Source of the DNA: an uncultured Bacilli bacterium
GTDB taxonomy: Bacteria > Bacillota_I > Bacilli_A > RF39 > UBA660
Length of the DNA stretch: 42,904 nucleotides
NCBI GenBank assembly: GCA_944363855.1
Contig: CALVVM010000080.1
Location: forward strand, 1 to 42,904
Direction of reading: 5' to 3'
Part shown: piece by piece, positions 18,983 to 29,400 of the stretch
Numbering within the stretch: position 1 is the stretch's first letter
Layout of the letters: every line of letters begins with the position of its first letter
The notes under the pieces: model-generated
The model's input: only the letters and a program-made list of their open reading frames with translations
What the model was told of the DNA's origin: nothing
The model's database searches: none
Program-made: the position numbers and the translations under genes

Positions 18983-19017
18983 AAAAATATGTTTCACGTG
19001 AAACATTGGAGGTTAAA

Positions 19018-19371
19018 ATGAATGAAAATTATATGAATCTAGCAATTCAACAAGCTAAAAAAGCTTATAAATACGAGGAAGTACCGGTAGGTGCTATAAT
19101 AGTTAAAAATAATAAAATAATTGCTATATCAAAAGCATGTAAAAAAATAAAAAATTGGAGATTAGATGATTGTGAAATTTATGTAACAATGGAACCATGT
19201 ATGATGTGTTGTGGCGCAATAGAACAATCAAGAATAAAAAAAATAATATATGGTGTTAAAAATGAAAATTATGGGTCTACTGAATTGTTAAAAAATGTAG
19301 AAATTATTTCCCAAGTTTGTGAAAAAGAATGTAGAGAATTAGTTCGATCATTCTTTAAAAAAAGAAGATAA
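19018..19371 (+). pseudogene. tadA: tRNA adenosine(34) deaminase TadA with an in-frame deletion of the HAE motif (probably inactive)
   Basis: EVPVGAIIV and TMEPCMMCCGAI are present, but IIA joins directly to ISKAC with no N..HAE segment; 117 aa from ATG 19018. Confidence 0.75.
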
Positions 19372-19427
19372 CGTCTTTTTTTTTTACTTGTAAAAGTGTA
19401 TAATATTAATAGATTTGAGGTGAAATA

Positions 19428-21101
19428 ATGTACCAAGCACTTTATAGAAAATATAGGCCAAAAACTTTTGAAGATGTAGTTGGTCAAAAGGTAATAAAGA
19501 AAACATTAACTAATAGTATTATTAATGATAAAATCAGTCATGCTTATCTATTTACCGGTCCTAGAGGGACTGGTAAAACAAGTATAGCTAAGATACTTGC
19601 TAAAATAGTTAACTGTGAATCATTAGATAATATTACACCTTGTAATAAATGTGTAAGTTGTACACAAATAAATAATAAACAAAATACAGATATAATTGAA
19701 ATAGATGCTGCATCAAATAATGGAGTAGACGAAATAAGAGAATTAAGAGATAAAGTAGGGTTAGTGCCTTCATTTGGAAAATATAAGGTTTATATAATAG
19801 ATGAGGTACACATGCTTACTACAGCTGCTTTTAATGCATTATTAAAAACACTAGAAGAACCTCCAAAACATATCATATTTATATTAGCTACAACAGAACC
19901 ACATAAAATACCATCTACAATACTTTCTAGATGTCAAAGATTTGATTTTAAAAAGATAAGTGTAACAGATATAAAAACAAGATTAAACTATATTTGTAAG
20001 GAGGAAAATATAAATATAGAAGAAGAAGCAATAGAATTAATTGGAAAATTATCAGATGGAGGTATGAGAGATTCAGTAAGTTTACTAGATCAATTAACTG
20101 CTTATACTACTGAAAAAATAACAGTAAATGATGTTAATAATGTATATGGAACAATAACAGAAAAAGAAATAAGTGATTTATTGACTTTAATATTTAATAA
20201 TAAATTGAGTGAAACATTTGATTTAATATCTAAATATGATGAAGATGGTAAGAACTTAACTAAAATAATAGAAACAATAATTGATTTTTTAAAAAATACA
20301 TTAATATATTTTAATAGTTCAGAGTATTTTGATAATGAAGAAAAGAAAAAACTTTATTCAAAAACATGTGATTTAATTACTGAAGACCAAATATATAAAA
20401 CAATAGAGATATTACTTGATTCTATTAAATCTAGTAAAACAACTAATAATGTTAAATTAATATTTGAACTTTCTATAATAAAAATAATTGAATTAACAAA
20501 AGAAAAAGTAGTAGTTCAAAAAATAGAAAAACAATCAGAAATACCTGTATTAGAAGAAAAAAAGAAAATAGTTACAGAAACTAAAATAGAAAAAAAAGAA
20601 ACTAATACTAAAGTAAAAGAAAATGTAGAAAAATTAAAGAAAATAAGAATAAATAATACGTTAGCAAAATTTAATAAACAAGAATTTGTAACATTCAAAA
20701 AAAAATTAGATAACATAAAAGAACTTCTAATGGATCCTGATTATAGTTCAGTAGTTTCTTTAATACTGGATGGAGAATTGAAGGCTAAGGGTGGTCAAAA
20801 TCTATTATTTGTTTATAAATTAAAAAATTTAGAAGAATGTTTTAATTTTTCACTTATTGATATAGAAAAAGTTTTTAGTAAAGTCTTTAATGAAGATTTA
20901 AAACCTATAGCTGTTTTTGAAGAAGAATGGGAACCAATAAAAGTAGAATTTAATAAGCACATGAAATCAAAAACAAATGCTTATGAATATAATGAAGAAA
21001 CTATATCGTTAGAAGAAATATATGAAATAACAAAAGAAGAATCTATTTCAAATACTAATGAAATAGAGAAAATTTTTGAAGATATGATAGTTTATAATTA
21101 G
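19428..21101 (+). CDS. dnaX: DNA polymerase III gamma/tau
   Basis: YRKYRP, GPRGTGKT, EIDAASN, IDEVHML, TILSRC. Confidence 0.98.
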   Translation: MYQALYRKYRPKTFEDVVGQKVIKKTLTNSIINDKISHAYLFTGPRGTGKTSIAKILAKIVNCESLDNITPCNKCVSCTQINNKQNTDIIEIDAASNNGVDEIRELRDKVGLVPSFGKYKVYIIDEVHMLTTAAFNALLKTLEEPPKHIIFILATTEPHKIPSTILSRCQRFDFKKISVTDIKTRLNYICKEENINIEEEAIELIGKLSDGGMRDSVSLLDQLTAYTTEKITVNDVNNVYGTITEKEISDLLTLIFNNKLSETFDLISKYDEDGKNLTKIIETIIDFLKNTLIYFNSSEYFDNEEKKKLYSKTCDLITEDQIYKTIEILLDSIKSSKTTNNVKLIFELSIIKIIELTKEKVVVQKIEKQSEIPVLEEKKKIVTETKIEKKETNTKVKENVEKLKKIRINNTLAKFNKQEFVTFKKKLDNIKELLMDPDYSSVVSLILDGELKAKGGQNLLFVYKLKNLEECFNFSLIDIEKVFSKVFNEDLKPIAVFEEEWEPIKVEFNKHMKSKTNAYEYNEETISLEEIYEITKEESISNTNEIEKIFEDMIVYN

Positions 21102-21114
21102 AAAGAGGGATATC

Positions 21115-21411
21115 ATGAATATGCAAGCAATGCTTAAACAAGCACAAAAATTACAAAAAGATATGTTAGCTACACAAGAAGAAATTAATAATAAAGAGTT
21201 TACTGGTAAATCATCAATAGTAACAGTAAAAATGAATGGTAAAAAAGAATTATTAGATGTTAAAATTGATATGGATCAAATTGAAAGCGATGATGTTGAA
21301 TTATTACAAGATATGATTATAGTAGCGCTTAATGATGCTATGAAACAAATAAATAAAGAGACTGAATCAAAGATGGGTAAATATACTCAAGGAATGCCAG
21401 GATTATTCTAA
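21115..21411 (+). CDS. ybaB: YbaB/EbfC nucleoid-associated protein
   Basis: MLKQAQKLQ, DDVELLQDMIIVALNDA; dnaX-ybaB-recR synteny. Confidence 0.95.
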   Translation: MNMQAMLKQAQKLQKDMLATQEEINNKEFTGKSSIVTVKMNGKKELLDVKIDMDQIESDDVELLQDMIIVALNDAMKQINKETESKMGKYTQGMPGLF

Positions 21412-22010
21412 TGAAATATCCTAGTATTATACAAAATTTGATAGAGTGTTTTAAAAAACTTCCGGGTGTTGGTGAAAAATCAGCAGAAAGAATGGCTCTA
21501 TCAGTATTAGAATTTGATAAAGAAACAATAGATTTATTTGCTAAATCACTAAAAGAATCTAAAACTAAAATAAGAAGATGCGAAAAATGTAATAACTTAA
21601 GTGAAGATGATAAATGCGAAATATGCAAAGATAATGGTAGAAACAAAGAAATTTTATGCGTGGTAGAGGAACCTAAATTCGTAAATTTATTTGAAAAATT
21701 AAATATATTTGATGGTTATTATCATGTATTAGATGGTTTAATTTCTCCAATAGACGGAATAAATCCGGAAGATATAAATATATCAACTCTTATAGATAGA
21801 GTAAAAAAAGATAAAGTAAAAGAAATTATATTAGCTCTTAAGCCTAGTGTAGAAGGTGAAACAACATCTCTTTATATATCCAAAATATTAGAAGGTACAG
21901 GTGTTAAAATATCTAAAATAGCGCATGGAGTACCTATGGGCGCAGAAATAGATTATGTAGATTCTTTAACTTTAGAAATGGCTTTAGAAAATAGAAGATA
22001 TATGGACTAA
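21411..22010 (+). CDS. recR: Recombination mediator RecR
   Basis: LPGVGEKSAER, C4 zinc finger, YHVL.G.ISP, EGETT. Confidence 0.97.
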   Translation: MKYPSIIQNLIECFKKLPGVGEKSAERMALSVLEFDKETIDLFAKSLKESKTKIRRCEKCNNLSEDDKCEICKDNGRNKEILCVVEEPKFVNLFEKLNIFDGYYHVLDGLISPIDGINPEDINISTLIDRVKKDKVKEIILALKPSVEGETTSLYISKILEGTGVKISKIAHGVPMGAEIDYVDSLTLEMALENRRYMD

Positions 22011-22015
22011 TATAT

Positions 22016-22044
22016 TCATAAAAAAATTATTTTAAACATAATAT
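22016..22044 (+). promoter_or_regulatory. Sigma-E-like promoter of bofA
   Basis: TCATA-N16-CATAATAT; B. subtilis bofA is sigma-E dependent; AT-richness lowers specificity. Confidence 0.45.
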
Positions 22045-22062
22045 AAAGTAGGTGGACAAATT

Positions 22063-22251
22063 ATGCTGAAAATACTGTTTAAAATAATAAAACGAATAGT
22101 TATTAGTTCTTTTTTGTTATATGGATATAATGTTATTGTGCAACCCTTAGGTTTGATAATTCCAATAAATGTATTTACGGTAGGTTTTCTTTCAATATTA
22201 GGAGTACCAGCACTCCTTTGTTTAATTTTTATTATGGTTTTAATATATTGA
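22063..22251 (+). CDS. bofA: Pro-sigmaK processing inhibitor BofA family
   Basis: Hydrophobic 62 aa with IPIN..T....ILGVP; downstream of recR as in B. subtilis. Confidence 0.75.
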   Translation: MLKILFKIIKRIVISSFLLYGYNVIVQPLGLIIPINVFTVGFLSILGVPALLCLIFIMVLIY

Positions 22252-22384
22252 TTTTTAAATTTTTGTATGCTATTAAATTAAACCTTTTGTAGGAGATCAA
22301 GTGGTTTTAGAAGTTAAACCATATGAGCAAGATAAACAAAAAAATGAGAAAAACCAAAAGTGAAAAAACTAAAAAAGCTTATTT

Positions 22385-22408
22385 AAATAGCTAATTTGCT
22401 ATTTTTTT
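22385..22408 (+). terminator. Intrinsic terminator
   Basis: AAATAGC-N6-GCTATTT plus T-run. Confidence 0.55.
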
Positions 22409-22470
22409 CTTGTTTTAAAATAATATAAAACTATGTTATAATATATATGACTTTGTTTGGAGGTGTAAGT

Positions 22471-23436
22471 ATGTTAGATGATTTTAGTTTAGAACAAAAT
22501 ATAGTTTATAAAACTTTAATTAATTCAGTTAAAAATAATAAGTATAGTCATGCTTATTTAATTGAAACTAACGGATATTCTAAAGGTTTAGATTTAGGTA
22601 TAGCTTTTGCTAAATACTTACTATGTCCAAATAGTTATAGTAATAATAAAAAATGTGGCAACTGTAGTCAATGTAAAAATATTGATAAAAATGAGTTTAT
22701 TGAACTTAAAATAATAGATTCTGAAGGACAATGGATTAAGAAAAGTCAACTTGAAGAATTACAAGAAATATTTTCTAAAAAGTCTGTTGTAGGAAATAAG
22801 AAAGTTTATATAATTAATAAAGCAGAAAAATTAAATCCTGCATCATCTAATTCACTACTAAAATTTTTAGAGGAACCAGAAGAAGGAATAATTGCTATAT
22901 TAATTACAGAAAATATATACCAATTATTGAGTACTATAGTATCACGTTGTCAAGTTTTATCTTTAAAAAATAAAATAAAATTAGATAATCTTTCTACTAA
23001 AGAAAAACTTGCTCATTATTTAAGTAATAATAATGAAGATATAGAATTTTTTATAAATAATGAGGATAGTATAAATAAAATAGAGAAAGTAATTGAGTTT
23101 ATTAAATACTATGAAGAAAATCATTCTAATACATTAGTTTATATAAATAAATTATGGCATGAATTTTTTAAAGAAAAACAGGATATTTATGATTCTTTTA
23201 CTATTATGCTTTTATTTTATAAAGATGTGTTAAATTTAAAATTAGGAAAAATTATACAAGTATTTACTGATTATGTAAATGATGTTAATATTGTAGAAGA
23301 AAAAAATAATTTAGATGAAATAACTAGCAAAATAAATGTTATAATGGATTTGAGAGAAAAAATTAAGTTTAATGTTAATAATAATTTATTGATGGATAAA
23401 TTAATCATTGAACTTGAAAGGTGTGAAAAAAAATGA
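22471..23436 (+). CDS. holB: DNA polymerase III delta-prime
   Basis: SHAYL, CGNCSQC, NSLLKFLEEP, TIVSRCQ; start after GGAGGT. Confidence 0.92.
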   Translation: MLDDFSLEQNIVYKTLINSVKNNKYSHAYLIETNGYSKGLDLGIAFAKYLLCPNSYSNNKKCGNCSQCKNIDKNEFIELKIIDSEGQWIKKSQLEELQEIFSKKSVVGNKKVYIINKAEKLNPASSNSLLKFLEEPEEGIIAILITENIYQLLSTIVSRCQVLSLKNKIKLDNLSTKEKLAHYLSNNNEDIEFFINNEDSINKIEKVIEFIKYYEENHSNTLVYINKLWHEFFKEKQDIYDSFTIMLLFYKDVLNLKLGKIIQVFTDYVNDVNIVEEKNNLDEITSKINVIMDLREKIKFNVNNNLLMDKLIIELERCEKK

Positions 23437-24224
23437 TAGAAGTAGTAGGTGTTGTATTTAAACCTAAAAATAAAGTTTACTATTTTTCGCCTAATGGCAT
23501 GAAAATAAAAAAAGGTATAAATGTAATAGTAAAAACTGAAAGAGGATTGCAATTTGGTACAATAGAAATGTCTAACTTTGAAATAGAAGAATCTAAAATA
23601 AGAAGTTCTTTATCTAAAGTTATAAGAATTGCTTCTAAGAAAGATTATGAAAAACATGTCAAAAATGTTAATGATGCTAAAAAAGCACTAAAAAAATGTA
23701 AAGATTTAGTAGAAAGATATAAATTAAATATGATGATATTGGATGCTAATTATACGTTTGATAGAAGTCAGTTGTTGTTTACTTTTATTGCTGATAATAG
23801 AATTGACTTTAGAAAATTAGCTAAGGATTTAGCTAATAATTATAAAACAAGAATAGAATTAAGACAAGTAGGGGTTAGAGACAAAGCTAAAGAAATAGGT
23901 GGATATGGCTCTTGTGGAAGAGAACTTTGTTGTTCTAAGTTCTTATGTGATTTTGATTCTGTTTCAATAAATATGGCTAAAAATCAAAATATTGCTTTAA
24001 ATCCTACTAAGATAAATGGATTATGTGGAAGACTTCTTTGCTGTTTGAAATATGAAGATGAATACTATAAAGAATGTATGAAGAAACTTCCTAAAATAGG
24101 AAAAAAAGTTCAAACTGAGTTTGGTGAAGGTAGAGTTATAAGTACAGATATATTAAAACAAACTTATAGAGTAGATGTTAAAGATCATGGAATAGTGGAA
24201 GTTGATGTAAATGAAGGTAACTAA
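23433..24224 (+). CDS. ricT: RicT/YaaT (PSP1) protein
   Basis: RIDFRKL, RIELRQVGVRD, CGRELCC, CGRLLCCLKYE. Confidence 0.94.
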   Translation: MIEVVGVVFKPKNKVYYFSPNGMKIKKGINVIVKTERGLQFGTIEMSNFEIEESKIRSSLSKVIRIASKKDYEKHVKNVNDAKKALKKCKDLVERYKLNMMILDANYTFDRSQLLFTFIADNRIDFRKLAKDLANNYKTRIELRQVGVRDKAKEIGGYGSCGRELCCSKFLCDFDSVSINMAKNQNIALNPTKINGLCGRLLCCLKYEDEYYKECMKKLPKIGKKVQTEFGEGRVISTDILKQTYRVDVKDHGIVEVDVNEGN

Positions 24225-24930
24225 TTATTTATTAGGTTATAAAGATTTAAAAATAGTACAAGATAATGAAATGTTTAATTTTTCATTAGACTCGGTATTA
24301 CTTCCAAACTTTGTCACACTTAATAAAAAAATAGATAGAATACTTGATATAGGGTGTGGTAATGCACCTATACCTTTAATACTATCTACTAAAACTAATG
24401 CAAAAATTACTGGTGTAGAAATACAAAAAGAAGTATATGATTTAGCTTTAGAATCAGTTAATATCAATAAAAAAGAAAATCAAATAACTATAATAAACAA
24501 AGATATAAATGATTATTATAAAAAAATTGAAACTGATTCTTTTGATGTAATAACTTGTAATCCTCCATTTTTTAAGTATATAGAAACGTCTAATATAAAT
24601 AAAAATGATTATAAGACTATTGCTAGGCATGAAGTTAAATTAAATTTAAATCAACTATTTAGTATAGCTAAAAAACTTTTAAAAAATAATGGTGTAATAG
24701 CTATCGTACATAGACCAGAAAGATTTGTTGAAGTAGTAGAAGAAATGAAAAAGAATAATATAGAACCTAAAAGAGTTCAATTTGTATATCCAAAGAAAAA
24801 TATGGAAGCTAATATAATGCTAATAGAAGGAAGTAAAAATGGTAAGCCGGGATTAAAAATTTTAGCGCCTATCTATAGTCATAAAGACAATGGAGAATAT
24901 ACAGAGGACGTAAAAAAATATTTTGAATAG
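24211..24930 (+). CDS. yabB: tRNA1(Val) A37 N6-methyltransferase-like protein
   Basis: FSLDSVLL, LDIGCGN, CNPPFF, ARHE; synteny. Confidence 0.88.
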   Translation: MKVTNYLLGYKDLKIVQDNEMFNFSLDSVLLPNFVTLNKKIDRILDIGCGNAPIPLILSTKTNAKITGVEIQKEVYDLALESVNINKKENQITIINKDINDYYKKIETDSFDVITCNPPFFKYIETSNINKNDYKTIARHEVKLNLNQLFSIAKKLLKNNGVIAIVHRPERFVEVVEEMKKNNIEPKRVQFVYPKKNMEANIMLIEGSKNGKPGLKILAPIYSHKDNGEYTEDVKKYFE

Positions 24931-24940
24931 AGGTGATATT

Positions 24941-25789
24941 ATGTCACAAAAAAGTTATGATAATAGTCCAACTTTATATCTTATTCCAACTCCAATAGGA
25001 AATATGGAAGATATAACAATAAGAGCGATTAATACATTAAAAATGGTTGATGTAGTTTTCTGTGAAGATACTAGAGTAACTGGACAATTATTAAAATATT
25101 TAGATATAAGTAAAAAGTTAATATCTAGTCATAATTATAACGAATCAGGTAATAAAGAAAAGTTGTTAGAGTATTTAAGTAGTGGAAGTAATGTAGGGTT
25201 AGTTAGTGATAGAGGAACACCTATAATAAGTGATCCAGGATATGAACTTGCTAAAGTAGCTATAGAAGAAGGTTATAATGTGGTAAGTTTACCAGGAGCT
25301 ACTGCTTTAATACCAGCTCTAACTTCATCAGGTATTAGTCCTATGCCATTTTACTATTATGGATTTTTGAATAGTAAAGATAGTGCTAGAAGGAAAGAGT
25401 TAGAATTTTTAAAAAATATAGATGCTACACTAATACTTTATGAAGCTCCACATCGCATAAATAAAACATTAAAAGATTTGGAAAATATTTTGGGAAATAA
25501 TCGTAAAATATGTATTTCCCGGGAAATAACTAAAAAGTATGAAGAAATATATAGGGGAACAATAGGTGAACTAATAGAGCAAAAAAACGAATATAAAGGA
25601 GAACTTGTAGTAGTAGTAGAAGGTAATAAGGAAACTACTGAATACAAAAATTTAACAGTTGAAGAACATGTTAAACTATATATAGAAGATGGTAAAAGTT
25701 CAATGGATGCTATTAAGATAGTTGCTAAAGAACGTGGTATGAAAAAAAGTGAAGTATACGATATTTACCACAATATAGAAAAGAAGTGA
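24941..25789 (+). CDS. rsmI: 16S rRNA C1402 2'-O-methyltransferase RsmI
   Basis: PTPIGNMEDIT.RA, EDTR, SDPG, YEAPHR, REITK. Confidence 0.96.
   Translation: MSQKSYDNSPTLYLIPTPIGNMEDITIRAINTLKMVDVVFCEDTRVTGQLLKYLDISKKLISSHNYNESGNKEKLLEYLSSGSNVGLVSDRGTPIISDPGYELAKVAIEEGYNVVSLPGATALIPALTSSGISPMPFYYYGFLNSKDSARRKELEFLKNIDATLILYEAPHRINKTLKDLENILGNNRKICISREITKKYEEIYRGTIGELIEQKNEYKGELVVVVEGNKETTEYKNLTVEEHVKLYIEDGKSSMDAIKIVAKERGMKKSEVYDIYHNIEKK
25513..25528. promoter_or_regulatory. Perfect Noc-binding site inside rsmI
   Basis: TATTTCCCGGGAAATA, 16/16. Confidence 0.8.
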
Positions 25790-25793
25790 TAAA

Positions 25794-26348
25794 ATGAAAC
25801 TTATAGTAGGTTTAGGAAATCCAGGAAGGGAGTATAATAAAACTAGACATAATATTGGATTTATGTGTATAGATAAAATTGCTGAACATTTTAAAGTAAG
25901 TTTTGATTCAAATAAATTTACTGGTTCTTATACACAATTTAATCATAATGGTGAAAAGATAATTCTTCTAAAACCTGGAAAATATATGAATTTGTCTGGA
26001 GAAGTAATAAGAAATTTTGTTAATTTCTTTAAAATAGATATAGAAGATGTACTAATTATTTGCGATGATTTAGATACAAAAATAGGCAACTTTAGACTTA
26101 GATATAAAGGATCAAGTGGAGGACACAATGGTCTTAAGAATATAGAACTTCACTTATCCACTAAAGATTATAAAAGAATAAAAATTGGTATATCAAATGA
26201 TAAAAATATGGATACTAAAGATTATGTATTAGGAAAATTTACTAAAGAAGAAATGAATTTAATAAATCCAATAATAGATAAAATGCCTGATATTATAGAA
26301 GATTATTTAAAATTACCATTTGATAATGTAATGAATAAATATAATTGA
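25794..26348 (+). CDS. pth: Peptidyl-tRNA hydrolase
   Basis: GLGNPG..Y..TRHNIGF, MNLSG, GGHNGLK. Confidence 0.97.
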   Translation: MKLIVGLGNPGREYNKTRHNIGFMCIDKIAEHFKVSFDSNKFTGSYTQFNHNGEKIILLKPGKYMNLSGEVIRNFVNFFKIDIEDVLIICDDLDTKIGNFRLRYKGSSGGHNGLKNIELHLSTKDYKRIKIGISNDKNMDTKDYVLGKFTKEEMNLINPIIDKMPDIIEDYLKLPFDNVMNKYN

Positions 26349-26414
26349 AAATTAAAATTAATAAACTAATGATACCAAAGTGTATCATTTTGCCGTTGGA
26401 AAGGAGGAAGTATA

Positions 26415-29400
26415 ATGAGTTTATTTAATAATATTTTAAATGAATTGGATGGAGATTCTGTTTATGGTTTAACACCCGAACTTAAAGGTTTATATTTATA
26501 TAAAAAGTTTAAAAAAGAAAATAAAAGTATAGTGTGTGTAACTTCTACTATCTATGAAGCAAATAAACTATACCAAATATTATTAAATTATACAGACAAA
26601 GTATCTTTCTTCCCAATGGATGATTTTCTAACAAGTGAAGCATTAGCTATCAGTCCAGAGTTTAAATTTACTAGACTTGATACTTTAAATACTTTGCTAG
26701 AAGAAAAAAGAGTAGTTATAACTAACTTAATGGGATTTCTAAGATTTTTACCTAGTCCAAAAGATTATAGAAATTCATATTCTAAAATTAAATTAGGTGA
26801 TGAAATAAAAATAGAAGAATTAATTTCAAATTTATATAGAATTGGATATAAAAGAGAATCTTTAGTTAATAAAACAGGTGAAATAGCTGTTCGTGGATTT
26901 ATAATAGATATATTTCCAATTAATTATAGAAATCCTATAAGAATAGAGTTTTGGGGAAATGAAATAGATAGAATTAGTGAATTTGATATTGATACTCAAA
27001 TTTCTAAAGATAGATTAGATGAAGTATTAATAACACCTACAACTGAGTTTATTATTGATAAGGAACTAGAAGAGGAACCTAAATATAGAGAATTGATAAA
27101 ATATATAAAACCTGTATCTATATTAGATTATTTAGATGATTGTATAATTTTTTATGATGATAAAAAATCTATTGAAAAAAGTTTTGAATTATTAATTGAA
27201 GAAATAAACGACTATAAAAATAATAATGAAATAAGTTCTAATACTAGATTCATGTTTGATTTAGAAAAAAGTTATAAATATGAAGAAATAGACTTTGTAT
27301 CATTTGATAATAAAACTAACTCTAAAAAATCTATAAATTATCAATCATTTGAGTTAGATAATTTTATAGGTGGCATGGATTCAATAAGTAAAAGACTTAA
27401 TGGGTATATAAAAGATGGTAAAACTGTTATAGTTTGTTTATCAGATAGATATAAAATTAATAGATTAGAAAGTGAACTCGTAAGTAGTAATGTAGTAGTT
27501 ACAAGTATATCAGATATAATAGACAATAAAATAAATCTTGTAGTTAGAAAAATAAATAGCGGCTATATAATTGGAAACTATGTAGTAGTTTCTGAAAAGG
27601 AACTATTTAATAAAAAAGAAAGTGGAGTAGCATATAAATCTAACTTTAAGATGGGATCTAAGATTAGAGATATAAATAAACTTAATATAGGTGATTATGT
27701 AGTTCATGTAGTTCATGGTATTGGTATTTATAGAGGTATAAAAACTTTAACTAAGAATGGCCTAAAAAAAGATTATTTAACAATTGAATATAAAGGTGAA
27801 GATAAACTTTATATCCCAGTTGAAAAGTTAGAATTCATAAATAAATATTCATCTAATGAAGGAGCAACCCCTAAAATAAATAAATTAGGTGGTACTGAGT
27901 GGACTAAAACTAAGTTACATATAAAGAAAAAAATAGAAAGTATGGCGGGTGATTTATTAAAACTTTATTCTGAAAGAGAAATGGCTATAGGATATGCTTT
28001 TGATAAAGATACAGAAGAGCAAATAGAGTTTGAAAAGAATTTTCCATATATTGAAACAAAAGACCAATTAAAGGTAACAGAAGAAATAAAAAAAGATATG
28101 GAAAAAAGTATTCCTATGGATAGACTTTTATGTGGCGATGTTGGATATGGTAAGACTGAAGTAGCATTCCGTGCTATATTCAAAGCTATTATGTCTAATA
28201 AACAAGTATTATTCTTATGTCCAACAACAATTCTTTCTCAGCAACACTTTCAAAACGCTATAGAAAGATTTAAAGAATTCCCTGTAAGAATAGAACTTTT
28301 AAATAGATTCATTTCTAAGAAAAAACAAAACGAAATATTAAAAGATTTGAACGATGGTAAAGTAGATTTACTTATAGGTACTCATAGAATTTTAAGTGAA
28401 GATGTAGTTTGTAAAAGATTAGGATTACTTGTAATAGATGAAGAGCAAAGATTTGGTGTTAAGCACAAAGAAAAAATAAAATCTTATAAAAATAATATAG
28501 ATGTTTTAACTTTAAGTGCAACTCCAATCCCACGAACACTTCAAATGTCACTTGCTGGAGTTAGAAGTTTATCTTTAATAGAAACTCCACCGGTAGATAG
28601 ATATCCTATACAGACTTATGTGTTAGAAGAAAATAAAAATGTAATTAAAGATGCAATATACAAGGAACTTGCAAGAAACGGTCAAGTATTTATACTTTAT
28701 AATGATATTCAAACAATGGAAGAAAAGAAAAGAAGTTTAGAATATCTTGTTCCAGAAGCACGTATTATATGTGGTCATGGTAAAATGAAAAAAGAAGAAT
28801 TAGAAGATGTTATGTATAAGTTCATGAATAAAGAATATGATGTTTTACTTTGTACTACAATTATTGAAACAGGTATTGATATACCTAATGTAAACACATT
28901 AATTATAATAAATGCTGATAGATATGGTTTATCTCAACTTTATCAAATAAGAGGGAGAGTAGGTCGAAGTAATAAAATTGCTTATTCTTATTTAATGTAT
29001 AATAAAGGTAAGATTTTAAGTGATGTTGCTAAGAAAAGATTAAACGTTATAAAAGAGTTTACTGAACTTGGTAGTGGGTTTTCTATAGCTATGAGAGATT
29101 TATCTATAAGAGGTGCAGGAGATATACTTGGATCTGAACAATCCGGTTTTATAGATACAGTAGGAGTAGAGCTGTTCCTTGATATGCTAAATGAAGAAGT
29201 AAGTAAATTGAAGGGTATAAATATTGAAAAGAATGAAAGTGATACTCAACCTTTAATAGAAGTAGAAACAACTATTGATGATAAGTATGCCAAAGAAGAA
29301 GATTTAAAAATAGAGATACATCAAAAAATTAATAAAATTGATTCCATTGAAACTTTAAATAAAACAAAAGAAGAGTTGGAAGATAGATTTGGTGTGCTAG

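Larger units (their letters stand above)
18323..19005. repeat. parS: Cluster of 7 perfect parS sites (TGTTTCACGTGAAACA)
   Basis: Exact 16-mers start at 18323, 18388, 18449, 18612, 18777, 18883, 18990; they match the universal parS consensus and lie ~8-9 kb from oriC. Confidence 0.95.

Noticed and set aside
18323-19005. Palindromic repeats with unique spacers resembling a CRISPR array
   Set aside because: The repeat is the 16 bp parS consensus, the period is irregular (61-165 bp), two spacers are duplicates containing SRP RNA, and there are no cas genes
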